A stretch of 63,618 nt of DNA, counting the filler, from Licmophora abbreviata (lineage: Eukaryota), in the NCBI GenBank assembly GCA_900291995.1. It is 5 parts of 5 records of this genome, joined end to end, with 100 filler letters (N's around TTAATTAATTAA, not from the genome) between each part and the next. Parts side by side here need not be neighbours in the genome. Positions count along the whole stretch, not along the records: positions 45,961 to 56,684 come from OLMU01003142.1; positions 56,785 to 63,618 come from OLMU01003143.1; 3 more parts are not named here. One strand, 5' to 3'. Made by a program: the position numbers and the translations under genes. Within the stretch, counting starts at the first letter, position 1. Every line of letters starts with the position of its first letter. Below the pieces are notes generated by a model that saw only the letters and a program-made list of their open reading frames with translations, had not been told where the DNA came from and did not search any database. Shown piece after piece: positions 45,861 through 58,843 of this stretch.

Positions 45861-45960
45861 NNNNNNNNNNNNNNNNNNNNNNNNNNNNNNNNNNNNNNNN
45901 NNNNTTAATTAATTAANNNNNNNNNNNNNNNNNNNNNNNNNNNNNNNNNNNNNNNNNNNN
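45861..45960. other. Scaffold gap with artificial linker
   Basis: N run - TTAATTAATTAA - N run. Confidence 0.98.
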
Positions 45961-46185
45961 TAGACACATTGTTGTGAAGGAGGATGTCTGGCCTGGAAAA
46001 TAGTGCTGAAGTGCTGCATTGGAAGTCGGGTTTCTCTAGGGAATGTCGGAACCCAAATTTAGCATGTCTGAGCTGGACGCAAGATCCACCCTGTCGTGGT
46101 CGAAACACGTTCGAGTGTAGCTGACTCGGTCATCTTCACTTACACTCTATTCGCTCACTCGCTTCATCCACTCTTCCCCTCACAG

Positions 46186-47093
46186 CTTGACTACGAGCCT
46201 GGTAAGGCCACTACGGACTTTGCCAAGCGATATGGACACTTGGCTGGGGCCAAGATCAAGACCGCAGGAGAGGCCTTTGCCGAATTCACCAACGAACTTG
46301 GCTATTCCGTCAATCCCCTCTACAAGAATATGATTACGGATATTGTTGGATCCACCCACCTCATTGTTGTCAACGCACGTTTCCAAAGAGACGCTGTCTG
46401 GTGCGTCGGTATCCTGAGTACTCTCGACTTGCTGCTCAAGAACTACCCCGACCCCAAGATTGGTGAAGCCATTGTCTCGGCTCTCTTCAAGAGTATTGGT
46501 ATGGATGAAGACGAAGTGCGAAAGGAAGCTAAGGGAATTCTGGACTGGGCCGCGGGCAAGTCGAAGGATGATATTCAGGAGGCTCTCCGCGGAGAAGGTA
46601 GCTCCCCTATTGCGCCGATTGCAAAGGCTGCCAAAGACGATGAGTTCTGGATGTATTCGCGCTTCTTTGGACTGGGACTTGTCAAGCTCATGGGAGAAGT
46701 CGGAATTGAGATGGACAAGGACGAAGTGTACCCCGTCATGGAGGACTGGATGAGCACACAAATGGGCAAATCTCATTTGACTGCATGCGTAAGTACAACA
46801 ATGGGTGACTTTTTTGGCTACGGTGGCACGTCTAGAGTTTTATCGTATATGCTCACAGTTTGGCGCTCACTTCTCTCTCCTTATTCTTACAGAGTGACTC
46901 TGATCTCTTCTTCAAGGTGAAGGACAAGCTCGACATGATGGAGACTATGATGAAGGAGATTGAAATCAGAGAAAAGAAGCGCATGGCGGAACGTCTTGAA
47001 GAGAAAGCCGAGGCAGCGCTGCGTGCGGCGGACCGCGAGGAGAAGTTCCAGGCCGAGGTCAAGGCCGAAGAGACTGAGAAGGTGGACGCATAA
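46186..47093 (+). CDS. THF1: THF1/Psb29 thylakoid formation protein; first exon presumably lost in the gap
   Basis: [27 protein letters not shown], acidic/basic C-terminal helix; acceptor at 46185; intron 46789-46892. Confidence 0.88.
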
Positions 47094-47677
47094 AAGCACA
47101 ATGATGACATGCCTATTCTACGAGCCTCCACCCTCACCATGCACAGCACACTAACATATCTAACATCAGTACTACTGGAATACTACTGCGTCGTAACTTT
47201 GCTGTAGAAGTGCTTTACAGAGACGACTTTCGAGGTCCTATCTGAATCACAATAGTAAACCTTGTTCAGCCCCTGGTACGACGCATAGACTATGGGTAGA
47301 CTTTAGAGCAGCTGTGCCACTGCTGCGGTGGTCTAGGATATCCTCTTGTCAAGTCACGACAAACCGAGACGGAGAGTGAAAAGTAAAGGGATCCAGCGCG
47401 GTGTTTTCGCGCACACAGTTCGCGTGCGTGGCGTCACCATCAGTCCAGTACCACGTCACGTAGATGTTTACAGCGTCAAACTCCCGCCACCTATCCGTCA
47501 GTTTTGGATGATGGCACAAAAAAAGCGAAGTGCGTGTCGCCGCTACAGCGCAAGAAGAACAAATCCACCTTGTTCACTGTGTTCACCGTCTCGTTGGCAT
47601 CTAGCTCCCGCAACACATTTCATCGTCTACCTTGTATACGACTGAGTACGATAGTGGCTCTGAAATCCTTCGAGAGA

Positions 47678-48274
47678 ATGTCTGAAGCACCCAACCGATC
47701 ACGGCGAGCTTCGGCGAGTCTACTGATAGTAACCTCGTTGGCCCTCTGCGTTTCGCCATCGTGTTCCTTTGTTCCTGCGATTCAATCGCAGCGATGTCTG
47801 ACAGCTCAGCATGCAGCTGTACGAGCTTCTTCGGAAGAAGATATCACAAAGCAGCTTGAACGGGCGAGAGCTGTTCTGGCCAAGTCAAAGGCGAAACTGA
47901 ACAGCGAAGCGTTGGAACAGACGACTGTGATATCTCCAGAAAAGGACGAAGGCGTTCCGTTCTTTGCGAAATTCATGGATATCAACAAGCGTGAACAAGT
48001 CGTCAAGTCATGCGATGAAAAGACTGGCCTCATCACGACTGACGGAGAAAAAATGGCACAGTTGTCCGAAGGAGAGCAATGGGAGTTCCGATCGCTGTTG
48101 GAAGTCTTTGAAAGTGAGATTGACGAGTCAGAGGATGTGTACTCGTCGACGTCGCAGCAACTGGCGGAACGCGATGTCGCCATGAGCATGTACGACTTGC
48201 GAAAACAGATGCATACGGATGATTATCGCAAGATCTTTGATCCGCGGAATCGCTTCATCGGAGAAGACATTTGA
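47678..48274 (+). CDS. Plastid-targeted hypothetical protein
   Basis: Signal plus SCS-FVP; C-terminal DDYRKIFDPRNRFIGED looks like a conserved motif. Confidence 0.7.
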   Translation: MSEAPNRSRRASASLLIVTSLALCVSPSCSFVPAIQSQRCLTAQHAAVRASSEEDITKQLERARAVLAKSKAKLNSEALEQTTVISPEKDEGVPFFAKFMDINKREQVVKSCDEKTGLITTDGEKMAQLSEGEQWEFRSLLEVFESEIDESEDVYSSTSQQLAERDVAMSMYDLRKQMHTDDYRKIFDPRNRFIGEDI

Positions 48275-48509
48275 TGATTTGATGAGAAGCGGCAGAAAGA
48301 ATTAAAGATTGTATCCATAGGCAGACAGGAAGACGTTGTATATAATGAATATTGTCACCACAGCGTATGACTATCACGCGCGATGATCTCCTGCATTTCG
48401 TGACACATAGTATGCCCCCGTGATCACCCTCCTTGCCTTCAGTTCAGTGCTTTTGAAAAAAAATCGAGCATACGAAGGATAGCATAGCCGCCAATGTTAC
48501 ACCGTTCGA

Positions 48510-49215
48510 CTATTTTGCTCTTCCTGGAAGCATGACTGCTGCGTATTCGTCCATTGCTGTCGCCATCTCGATGTCCTGTGTTCAGTTAATGACAGTTTTT
48601 GAGCCAGAATCGAATCCTGCGCGTGCCGGCGATCTTGCACACCTACCTTCTTCGAAAGCCCACCACAGTCGTGAGTCGTGAGCGTCACCTCCACTCGGTT
48701 ATATACATTGAACCATTCCGGATGGTGATCCATCTAGTGCAGTACGGGAAGGTGCGGAGTCAGGCAATTTGGTCTCCGGTCCAGTCGCTCCAATTTAATT
48801 TCGGATCTATCCGCGAAAGGTCTCGACACAGGAACAAACTACTACTATAACCACTCACCTTTTCCGCCAAAAGTGCACTTTGCGACATAAAAGACCAAGC
48901 CTGGTTGAAATTTGTGAATTCAAACGTCTTTGAGATTGCATCCCGGCCCTCGATCTTCACCGCGAAACGAAAGTGATGGGAGGAGTGAGAGTCACAATCA
49001 GATGCATTTTTGACGACAGGTCCGACCAACCGACCACATGCGATTCTTCCTACCTCGATCCATGAAAAGGGGCCGTTCTTGGATAGCTTTGATAAAGCGC
49101 TGCTTCGATCTTCAGGTGAAAGGGCGTCGACATGAGCAAAGAGAAAGCGACGCTGAGATCCGAGATTGTATCTCTTGATGTTGGATATGAATCCTTTGTA
49201 GAGACCAATTCTCAT
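48510..49215 (-). CDS. PCBD: Pterin-4-alpha-carbinolamine dehydratase, mitochondrial-like presequence, 4 exons
   Basis: [39 protein letters not shown]; three GT-AG introns. Confidence 0.93.
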
Positions 49216-49645
49216 GGTGAAACTGGCTCAGGAAGGCGCTACGAGAGAAATGCTAAGGGGCTAGAACGAGGGTCTCCTCTGCTCATGGTGCATTCGCTCA
49301 CTCACTCTTTGGATCCTCGCAGCTCCGTCGCCGCGTCATAGCCGATTTTGATTCCAAACATGAAAACGACGTTCATACGTCGTACGGACTTCCAGGGGGC
49401 TGAGTCGAGTCAGTCGGGATGGCGGGGCGGGGCGAAGACTGCGGTACCACACCTATACCACTAGACCCCGATAACAAACGCGACGTTACAAGGCAATGTA
49501 CGGTATCAGGAGACCTCTCGCCTACAACATCAGCGTATGCTTTCCTTCGTACTATATGAGCGAGCCAAGCAACGCAGTAGCTCATAGCAATCTCCTCTAG
49601 AAACTGTCTTTTTCATAACTGCAGACGCACCTGACGCGATGCAAC

Positions 49646-51166
49646 TCACTTTTCACCGCTGCCGTCCTGCCTCCCGCTCTTGTCTCCTCCACCGCGTCGG
49701 TCACGCTCTCTATCTTTTCTGTTGCTGTCTCCACTCTGTATCCTTCCATCTTTTTCTCGAGTGGATGATCCTTTTCCAAGCTCATTCTGGCTTCGACGGC
49801 GACGCTTACTCCTTTTCTTGGGTCCACCTCGGTTTGGGCTAACCGATCTACTTCTGCTGACATCCCGACGACTCTTCCTGGAGGAACGACTCCTATCTGA
49901 ATGGCGCTTGCTCCGTCTATGTCCTGAAGGCGGCGATCCCATGAGATCGTCTGTTCCAGGACTAAGGCTAGGGCTCCGATGGCGATGGTGATTGTGCCTG
50001 CCCTTCTTTCGGTCATCATCGTGCCCTCTCCTGTGTCGATCGCGCAGCTTGGACATAAGATGCTCATCATTGTCGGATCTGTGTCGTTCATTTTCATGGT
50101 GGCGAGTGTACCGTCGCTCGCCGCTCCAGCTGCGACTCCTCGACCGGTATGGCCTATTGCGGTCGCGGCTGCGTCCCCGTCGACTGCGCCCTCTTCTATC
50201 CTTCTCGTCACGGCTGCGCTCGTCGCGAGACTTTCGACGTTGTTTGCGCGAGGGTGATGACGAGCGATCCCGTTTCGCGGACCCTGTCGTCTCTTCCTGA
50301 CTTGACTCACCCCGGGGCTTCGAATTTGCACGACCCTCTTCAAGCTCGCTCGACTCCATTCTCCTCTTCAGTGGCTTAGACTGCGTCTCCCCTCGTTCCT
50401 TCCGACCCTCGGCTGACATCGATCGTGATCGACTGTCGTATCTATAGCCCTCCCGCCGTCTGTTACCTTCTCGACTGCGTGATCGCCGACGCCGGCCGTC
50501 GTCGTAGCTGCGACTTCGCCGTCTCGTATAGCTCTGGCTCCGACCACGGCTCCGGTGATACTCATCATCGTAGCGATAGTCTTTTTCGTATCGAACATCG
50601 TCGTCGTAGCGATACTCATCATGTCGACCACGCCGCGGAGACTGCGACCGTCCCCTCCCGCGAGAGTCATGGTAGGTGTCATCCCGCGAATAGCGTCGCC
50701 CTGGATCTTCGTACCGGTCATAGTGATGCCCTTCATCGCGAAATCCTCGGCTCCGAGAAGACGAGCGACCGTAGCTATATTCAGCTCGGCCATGTCGATC
50801 GCCACCACGATGAGTTTCGCTTCGAGACGTTTCCGTTTTGCGCTTTTCCTGCTTGTTGGCACGTTTCTGACGTACGACGGTATCAAAGGATCGACGAGCA
50901 GCCTTCATACAGCCGCTGTAGATGATTGCGTCGATACCGTCCTCAATCACGCTCTGTTCGTCCACCGGAAGCTTACGATACCATTGTTCTGCATTTGCAC
51001 TATCTTTGGACTGGAAAGACTCATATATCAGTGCCTCCGTGATGGCGGCCGACTTGGGATCGCTCGCTGGGTCCGTCTTTGATGGAGAAACCGCATCGGA
51101 GCCATTCATAATTGCAGAGTGTCCATCGGTCTCGTCAGCTGCAGCTGTCCCATTTTCAAGACCCAT
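49646..51166 (-). CDS. Arg/Ser-rich low-complexity (SR-like) protein
   Basis: 506-aa ORF dominated by RS/RD dipeptides after a short globular N-terminus. Confidence 0.7.
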   Translation of the reverse strand: MGLENGTAAADETDGHSAIMNGSDAVSPSKTDPASDPKSAAITEALIYESFQSKDSANAEQWYRKLPVDEQSVIEDGIDAIIYSGCMKAARRSFDTVVRQKRANKQEKRKTETSRSETHRGGDRHGRAEYSYGRSSSRSRGFRDEGHHYDRYEDPGRRYSRDDTYHDSRGRGRSQSPRRGRHDEYRYDDDVRYEKDYRYDDEYHRSRGRSQSYTRRRSRSYDDGRRRRSRSREGNRRREGYRYDSRSRSMSAEGRKERGETQSKPLKRRMESSELEEGRANSKPRGESSQEETTGSAKRDRSSSPSRKQRRKSRDERSRDEKDRRGRSRRGRSRDRNRPYRSRSRSWSGERRYTRHHENERHRSDNDEHLMSKLRDRHRRGHDDDRKKGRHNHHRHRSPSLSPGTDDLMGSPPSGHRRSKRHSDRSRSSRKSRRDVSRSRSVSPNRGGPKKRSKRRRRSQNELGKGSSTREKDGRIQSGDSNRKDRERDRRGGGDKSGRQDGSGEK

Positions 51167-52125
51167 GACGCGAAGGCGTATCCCGTCCCTCGGGAAGCTT
51201 TGTCCTCACGACGCGGCTGCGGCTACGTATACGATAGCCGTGGCGTAGAGGGAGGTGGAGCTGAACCTGACGCGGTCCGAATTTATATGCGCCTCGCTCT
51301 GTCGAATCTGAAATGCACCTTTCAGCAGTACAGGAACAGAACTGAACTACTTGGGTGTGTTGCTGTGTCTCACGGAGACTGCCAATCGTCGCCACGAGGA
51401 TCCAACGAGCGGCGTATCATAGCGCCGCGGCCCATTCAAGTAGATGAAAATCGCGCTTGAGCAGAGCACCGCTCACTTCGCTCTCGTACATTCTACTGAA
51501 ACTCGGTACAGTCCTTCCTTCTGTCAGTGCCCGTTCGCCAAGTCGGGGACTGTTCGCAAACCACACAATACAGGGTAGCCCGACGACGGATGACGTGCTT
51601 TTGGTTTCACCGCAACTGGCGTCGTAGGAGTGCAAGCTACATGAGAAGAGAACAATAGGTTGACTTGCTATAGATGATCTTACTCGCTCAACTTAAAAGA
51701 GTAGAGAGTGAAACTGGCTAGCTCTAGCTAGCTTGTTCGATAGAACCTCTACCCCAACAAACGAATCTAGCTGGTCTGATAGCAAGCAGGCTCAAATTGC
51801 GATTGTCACGCGTATCTCTCTACCGTGCAGAAGTATCTCCGTAGATGTTGTCTACTAAAAGTTATAAATTTGAGTGTACCAACCATCCAAAACTATGAAG
51901 CAAGGTCTCGGCTGTCGCAACTTCGTGTCTCTTCGACATACACTCTTGCCTTGCTTCTGGAGAGAGAAAATTTGTTCGATGCATCCCTGTAGAGTAGCTG
52001 GGAGATGACTTTCGGTTTACAAAAGATCAAACTTGTTCTTCTGGAGATTCAAATGCGAAGTTCCTAACTGGAAGAAAGCAGGCGAGGTCGCATCGTTTTC
52101 CCGACATGGTGTGTCTCGTACTCGG

Positions 52126-54239
52126 TCAACCTGTTGTATCCATGTCTAGGCCTTCTCCAATAGCCCAGTCTTCCTCGGTAAGCTCAAAGAGAAAGTCATC
52201 AGACCCATCGACCGATGCACCTTGGAGGATCGTTTCCTCGGGCACGGCGTTAAGATGGGGAGGGAGGAACGATGGCATAGGTGCCGCTTCTTCAACAATG
52301 GCTGGGTTCGAAAAGACATCACCGGGTTGTGGGACGCCTGCGCCAGGCTGGATGATGCTTTCGAGAGGATGAGCATACTGTGGAGGTAGTGGGGCCGGGA
52401 CAGGTGGTGTCATAGTGGGTGCCATCATAGGCACCGGCGGAAGCGCCTTGAAGGTTGAGGCAATCGTATCAGGCTGTGGCCGTGTGTGGCGTACAGGAAG
52501 AATCGGTTTGATGAAGCCAAGAGCAGCTTCAATAGTCGGTTGTACGGCAGCTTCAGCTTCTTCAGGAGATATATTCTGTGTCAATGGCCGGTCCAGCTGC
52601 TGTTCCTCGTTCAATTCAATCTCGGATGCTGCCCGTTTGAGTGAACCAGTGGAAGAGAAGGACACTTCCCTCGAGAGGCCTCGGCTTTCTTCTCGCTGTC
52701 CCCGGTCCCCGAGAGATGACGTGCTTCCTAACGATTCGAACGAGGGGCGTCTTGCCAAGCGTCGCAGTATCGGTTGAGCGACAAGGCAAGGGGTCTGGGG
52801 AGTACTCCGGAATACTTTCTGTAGACGGTGGTTCATAATGTAGAGGTTGGCAGCATCATGGTTTTGTGGCGATAAGGAGTACTCGTCAGGAGCAGGCGGG
52901 CGCTGCACATGCGCTGTCAGGCTCAACTGCGATATTCGATCCCTATTCTTCTCCGCCCACTGCAAAAGCTTGAAACGCTGGGTCTCTGTCAAAAGACTAG
53001 CTACAGATTGTTCCCTTTGCCCAATGCGGTGGTGGAGTGCCTGAATGGCATCATGAGTGGACTGCAGAACACAGTCTGAGGCGGACGCCGTGTGTCGGTG
53101 CAGCCACGACACCGGTGACTGTAACAACCCCTTTTGAAATATGCGAACGCGCTCTTCTTGGTCGAACGACAGGCCTATGTCGTTGCAGAGAAGAGGCCAC
53201 ATGCCTTGAGATGGGGCGGCTCGATCATTTCCGTTGCATAACATCTAGCGTAGAAAGACGGCACAGATCTCGATGTGAGAATTGAAACGGCCGTACTGTG
53301 TACGGAGAGTCGAAAACATACAGCTGCACTCGCTCTACTTACCCTCTCTCCAATACGCGCTGCAGAGAGACGTTCGCTGGTGGCTCTTCCTCCTCGGAAG
53401 TACGTGTCAGTCTGAAGCGTCAGCCACAACAGGAACTTTGTCTGCGGCGGAAGCGACAAGCTCTGCAATTGTTGCGTCGCAAAGGTCCCGGCCACGCGTA
53501 GCTCCGAGCTGGTCCGCAAGAGACTTGTTTCGAGCGCTCCCAAATCGCCTCGCTCGAGCGCCTGGCGTCGTTTTTCTCGCAGCACGTCGACCACCGAGGC
53601 CACATGTTCCCGTCGTCCTTTGTCCATTTCTTCCGAAAGCTGTGTCACGCGCTCCTCCAAAACTTCAAGATACTGCTTCCGACGACGACGAGACAATCGA
53701 GCAGATTCCCTATTTCTTTCCAAGCGTTTCTGTCGCCGCTGATTGACAGTACCGCCAGTTTTCTCTTGTTCTCTACCGGCCGCGACCGAAGTCGTCTTGC
53801 GCCGAGATGGCGTCTTGGTGGGACCAGCTGGAGCAGCTGTGGCAGGCGCAGCGTCATGTGAATATCCTGATATAACGTTCCCAGTAGGTCTGCTAGGCGC
53901 CGGTGCGAGGACAGGCATCGATGCAGTCATGCCAGTCGCGGCTCCGTGATGGTGTGGAGCCCAATGTGAATGGGTCAACATAGGCTGTGGAGGAAGAGTA
54001 TGTCCAGGCTGAGCAGTTGAAGCAGGTACCGCGAAGGCACTTGGCACGGAAACTATGTCTGGATCCGAGTGTGGCCGAGCCTGATTTCTCAAGTTCGATT
54101 CGTCCCCAAGCTGCGCGGAGTGACCCATCGCTGAATTCGGCATAGCGCCCTCTTTCCTACTTCTGTTTCCTCCGCTGATGGGACCTTCGTGCATAGGATG
54201 CTGTAGCGATGTCACTGGCATACTGGACTTCCCCAGCAT
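52126..54239 (-). CDS. bZIP transcription factor, at least 2 exons; start uncertain
   Basis: RRQKRLERNRESARLSRRRRKQYLEVLEERVTQL; intron 53245-53342. Confidence 0.88.
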
Positions 54240-55236
54240 CCAACGCACAAAATGTAGAAGACACTGGTCCCAACACTGAGCAATCTACTTGAGATCAGTC
54301 CGATACTTCCGCCGTGCGAAGAGCAAGAACGCATTCGCGTCCTATCAGCTTCATCCATGTGTTTCTTGGTTCGCTTGCGTTTCGATTTTGTGGCCTCACT
54401 ACCAATTCCTACGTAGAAATGTACGGGGATACAAGTGCGTGTTCTCACCATGAGGATTGATGATGGCTGACGTTTCGAGCCACTTTGACATAAGCACGTT
54501 TTCGATAATAGCCCTATTCGAGATGCGTCCATTTTTGTGTAGAATCGAATCAACAATTTACATAAAGGAATGTAGTAAATATTTGTCACTTTTATTTATG
54601 GCGATCGGAACCGTCAACGTGCTGTGCTGTGTGTGAAGCTGAATGAGTTACTCCCGGGTCGTTCGGTGACCGTTCCACTGGCATGATCGTCTGCTCACGA
54701 ACGGCATGGTGTGTGAGTGAGATGTCGACAATCGACATATCGAGTGTCGACCATGGCGTTGCGGTAGCTTCCCAGGCCTCCATCCTTGTGCATGGATAGG
54801 TCGCGACCATCACCAGTGCATCTTCTTTCGCCACGATGTCTGGAAGCCTCGAAATCCGACAGTGCATGCACCCTGACCGCGCCGCGAGCGACCCGATCCA
54901 GCCCGCCCGCGCCTTCCTCGTTTGTCAACACGATGCGCTGCGTGTCCACGCCGGTGTCGGTTCCACGGTTGGGGCCAGGAGCGAACAAGCGAATGGTGGG
55001 TGTGACTGCCACAATGCGTCGTGGTCACTCCGTGTCGGGCGGCTTCCCTGGGGAGCAGTTTCAAACGCGCCGTAGATTTCAGTAGACGTGGTACCGAAGC
55101 ACATGAACCATGGAAGCACATTCGTTCTTCTCTCAAAAATCTTTGCTGCCACTTGAAAAAGTGTCCCGACAAGGACTCCAGTCGAAGAGCTGATCGTCGC
55201 TCGTCGTTCTAGAAGAAGTCTTTCGGAGCCATCATC

Positions 55237-56658
55237 ATGTCTCGTTGCTACGGAACGTTGGAGTACTGGGAAGCGCGATACAAGTTGTACGTGGATTCTA
55301 TGTGCTCCTGCCGAGTCTTGCGCTCTTGACGTGCTACCGGTAGAGTACCAGTGATCGCGTCCTGCGCGGTGTCGTGTTGGGCCAATACGTGCCAGGTGTC
55401 GTTGTAATTGGGCTTCCGTCACGCTCATTCCTCTTTTCCTCCTCCTTCGCAACGCTTTCTGTAGCAAGGAGGAGCAGTACGAGTGGTATGCGCCTTACAG
55501 CTCGGTCCGTCATCTCTTGACTCCGGCTCTTCTTTCACCTCCGGACGGTGTCCACACGGACAAGCAACGTCGGACCATTGAAGTGCGCGATCGCTACGGA
55601 AATCTCGTGCCACGCTCCGTCGTCGACCTCAATCGACGCCCGGTGACATCCGGACTGCCCTTTCCCACTCGTGATCAGTGCCGTGTTCTCAATGTTGGTA
55701 CGTGCGTCCATGTGCAGGGTGAAACCTACTATGCGCAAGATGAGACGTGGCTAGTTTTGACTTTCGTGACTATGCTACGCTGTATGCCCTTACACTTGCC
55801 AGCTTCTTTCTTTTTACTCTAAGGATGTGGGAACTCTTGCTTTGGAGAAGACATGATGCTAGATGGATGGACTGGTGGTATTGTCAATATTGACTATTCC
55901 AACATTGTGGTAGATCAGATGAATCGTCGCTACGATCACAACTTCTACGACAAGCTCAACACATCCCGCAGCCGCAGTCTCAGCATCACTCCGCACCCCA
56001 TGGTGTTTCGTTGCGCCGACGCGAGCAAGGAAATTCCATACCCTGACGAGTCCTTTGACTTGGTGGTCCTCAAGGGTACTCTCGACGCCGTTCTATGCAG
56101 TTCGGGATCTGTCGCCAACGTCCGACGCATGATGCGAGAGTGCTGCCGTGTCTTGCGCAGCCAGCACGGAGCCATGGTGGTCCTCACGAACGGGTCTCCA
56201 GACAATCGACTTGTCTTCTTCGAGAATGAAGGTGATGAGTGGTGGGATGGTGTCGGAGTCCACACCATTCCGCGGCCTTTGGACAAGACCCAGTCGATGG
56301 ACGCTGCAAAGTGAGTACGACTTGGTTGGTGTGTTTTGCATTCCTAGTTGGTGACTTTATGAGCCTTGAGTCTTCCTAACATTCTGTATGGTTTTTGTTG
56401 TGTTCACCAAGGGATTACTTCGTGTACATTTCTCGGAAGCGTTCTAGTGCCAAAGAGCGTTCTATCGCTGGTCAAGTTCTCGTCAAGAAGCAACGACACG
56501 GTGAGGCGTCTGACGCGGAGAACAGCATCCCCCTGCACCAGGGTGGTGTGCCTCTGAAGTCGTCAAAGCCAAGTGCATCTATGACACACCGTCACGTGAG
56601 CTCTTCTGTGGTCGCCTCGGTAGCGAATCGCGCGAACTCTACAACCTATCTGCGCTAA
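55237..56658 (+). CDS. Second EEF1AKMT4/METTL13-like methyltransferase, 4 exons
   Basis: YGTLEYWEARY, YEWY, VLNVGCGNS, NIDYS, KGTLDA; introns 55287-55464, 55698-55823, 56311-56411. Confidence 0.88.
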
Positions 56659-56684
56659 AGAATCGATAGTGCTGCGAGGCGTCG

Positions 56685-56784
56685 NNNNNNNNNNNNNNNN
56701 NNNNNNNNNNNNNNNNNNNNNNNNNNNNTTAATTAATTAANNNNNNNNNNNNNNNNNNNNNNNNNNNNNNNNNNNNNNNNNNNN
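56685..56784. other. Scaffold gap with artificial linker; flanks overlap by 30 nt
   Basis: 56655-56684 is identical to 56785-56814. Confidence 0.97.
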
Positions 56785-57105
56785 CTAAAGAATCGATAGT
56801 GCTGCGAGGCGTCGCTTTGTCTGACCAAGACTCACGAGTCCTCTTTGCAACATATGTAATGATTGATACCTAGACGAGTGGTTTGAGTTGTACGTTTACT
56901 TGCATTGTAGGACAATCAGAGTAGCTTCGCAAAGTCTTGTTGGCTCATTGCCATTTCTGTGATGTGCATCGTCAAGTCGCCCCTGTTGACGAGCGTCGCG
57001 CGCCTTTTCCTCGCCGTGCTCGCGCCAGCTCGAATGCGTCCATCGATCATTCCGAAGATGAAGGTCGTTGACAGTCGATGTGGGCACGGGAATCATTAGT
57101 TCAGC

Positions 57106-58448
57106 ATGGCGTTCCTCCGTGTTTCGTTTGTAGTCTTTGCATGGCTTCCCTGTTGTTTTCTGAGTGAGCCTTCTATGGCATTCGGGGGAGAGTCGCTCCG
57201 GTTCGCAGCGACGTCCCGGCGTCCGCATCGGCGGATTGCACACCATCAGGTCGCTGCAGCATCAGTTGCAGAAGAAGTAGAGACTCCCACCTCAGTAAGA
57301 GCCAACTGGGCGCTGCTCATTTCTTCGTGGACCGATGGAGTCGCTGGTTCAATCGAAGCCAAGGCGTTCTTAAAACAAGGTTTGGCTATCGCCCTGCTGT
57401 CGGAACAGCAACGGCATGCCGAGTTGGCGGTCGAGTCGTCCGCCTTGCAGAGTCCTTGCTGTGGGCCTAGCGTGGATGCTCTGCAGAGTATGGAATCAGT
57501 GGATCGTGCCATTGATATGGTCAAAACAGCTCCGGATCGCATCGACTCCGTTCTAGAACAACAGCTTGCCATCAGTCCACGCACACTTCGACTTCTCTAC
57601 ATTCCGACCGCGATGTATGCACTTCGGGTAGACAGCACGAGAACACCAGGGAAGCAGCGCCAACGAGCAAGAGCAGATGGAAAGAAACGACGCAACGACA
57701 TTGTGCGGACGCTGCAGAGTCTATTTGAGGATGTTCAAGTCGCGGCTGTCACTCTCGATGTAGACGATGGTAGCATCAAGCAACCCGAAGGATTCGACGA
57801 CGAAAGAAGTGTACCCATGGTATGGCTGCTAAACGACAAGCTATTGTGTGATTGAGCGCCTCGTCTCACTCTTCAGAAATTCACTGTCACTATGCTGCTC
57901 TGCAGGACGGCAACGCTGCCTTGGTGGGTTGGGCGCCGCATTTTGTGTACGTCGAAGGCGGCAACACCTTCTTTTTGCATCACTGTCTAGTCAAAGGTGA
58001 CTGGGTTGACATTTTGAAGTCTGCTATAACTAGACGTCACGGTGCCGTTTACTGTGGGAAAAGTGCGGGTGCGATCCTTGCCGGCGAATCTGTTGAAACT
58101 GCGACATGGAAAGTAAGTGTGTCGTTGGTGCAGTATTTTATTCTTTTATATGGTGACCTGGAGGCCCAGCGTGTTGCTCTCCTTTTTCTTTTTGCTCGGC
58201 AGGGCTGGGATGACCCACGTGTAGTTCCAGATATGGAGAGCTACGAAGACTGGAGAGGCGTGAAAGGTCTTGATGTCGTTGCGGGCAAGTCGATTTTTCC
58301 ACATATGAACGAGGAATGGGAAGGTCTAATCGAAGAGAAACGAAAAGATATGGAATCTGGTGATGTATTATGCTTGAGAGACGATGAGGTGATATGTGTC
58401 AATGGAAGTGAGCAGCGAATAGCACGGCTATCGTGCGTAGTAGCATAG
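57106..58448 (+). CDS. Plastid-targeted peptidase S51 (dipeptidase E-like), 3 exons
   Basis: Signal plus SMA-F; YIPTA, YVEGGNTF, YCGKSAGA, FPH; introns about 57820-57906 and 58113-58202. Confidence 0.85.
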
Positions 58449-58843
58449 CTATATACGGCATTTCTGACAGGATGAAGAAACGTACAAGACTTCCTTACAT
58501 GAGGTATCATCGGGCGGTGACTTGCCAAAAGTCAAATGTTGTAGCCCAATGACCAACAACACATGCAAGCTAGCGATCTACCGGGTCGGGTCTAGTCTGC
58601 TCCTCGGGTCGCACGCTATAGCAACGGAGATGCCCTCTCCTAGCAACGAGGGTCGGTACGAATGAAGGAATCCCCGTTTGAACACACATTGAACACGTGC
58701 CCGAAATCTGGTATGCGAGCTCCGCAATTCATAGCTCGTTAATATGGTATCTTTTTCGTTGAACTTTGATGAACTTTTGAAGTTGATGATGAAAGCGCGA
58801 CGTTTCTCACTTCAACTACCGAAGAGGGAAGCCGACGACGACG

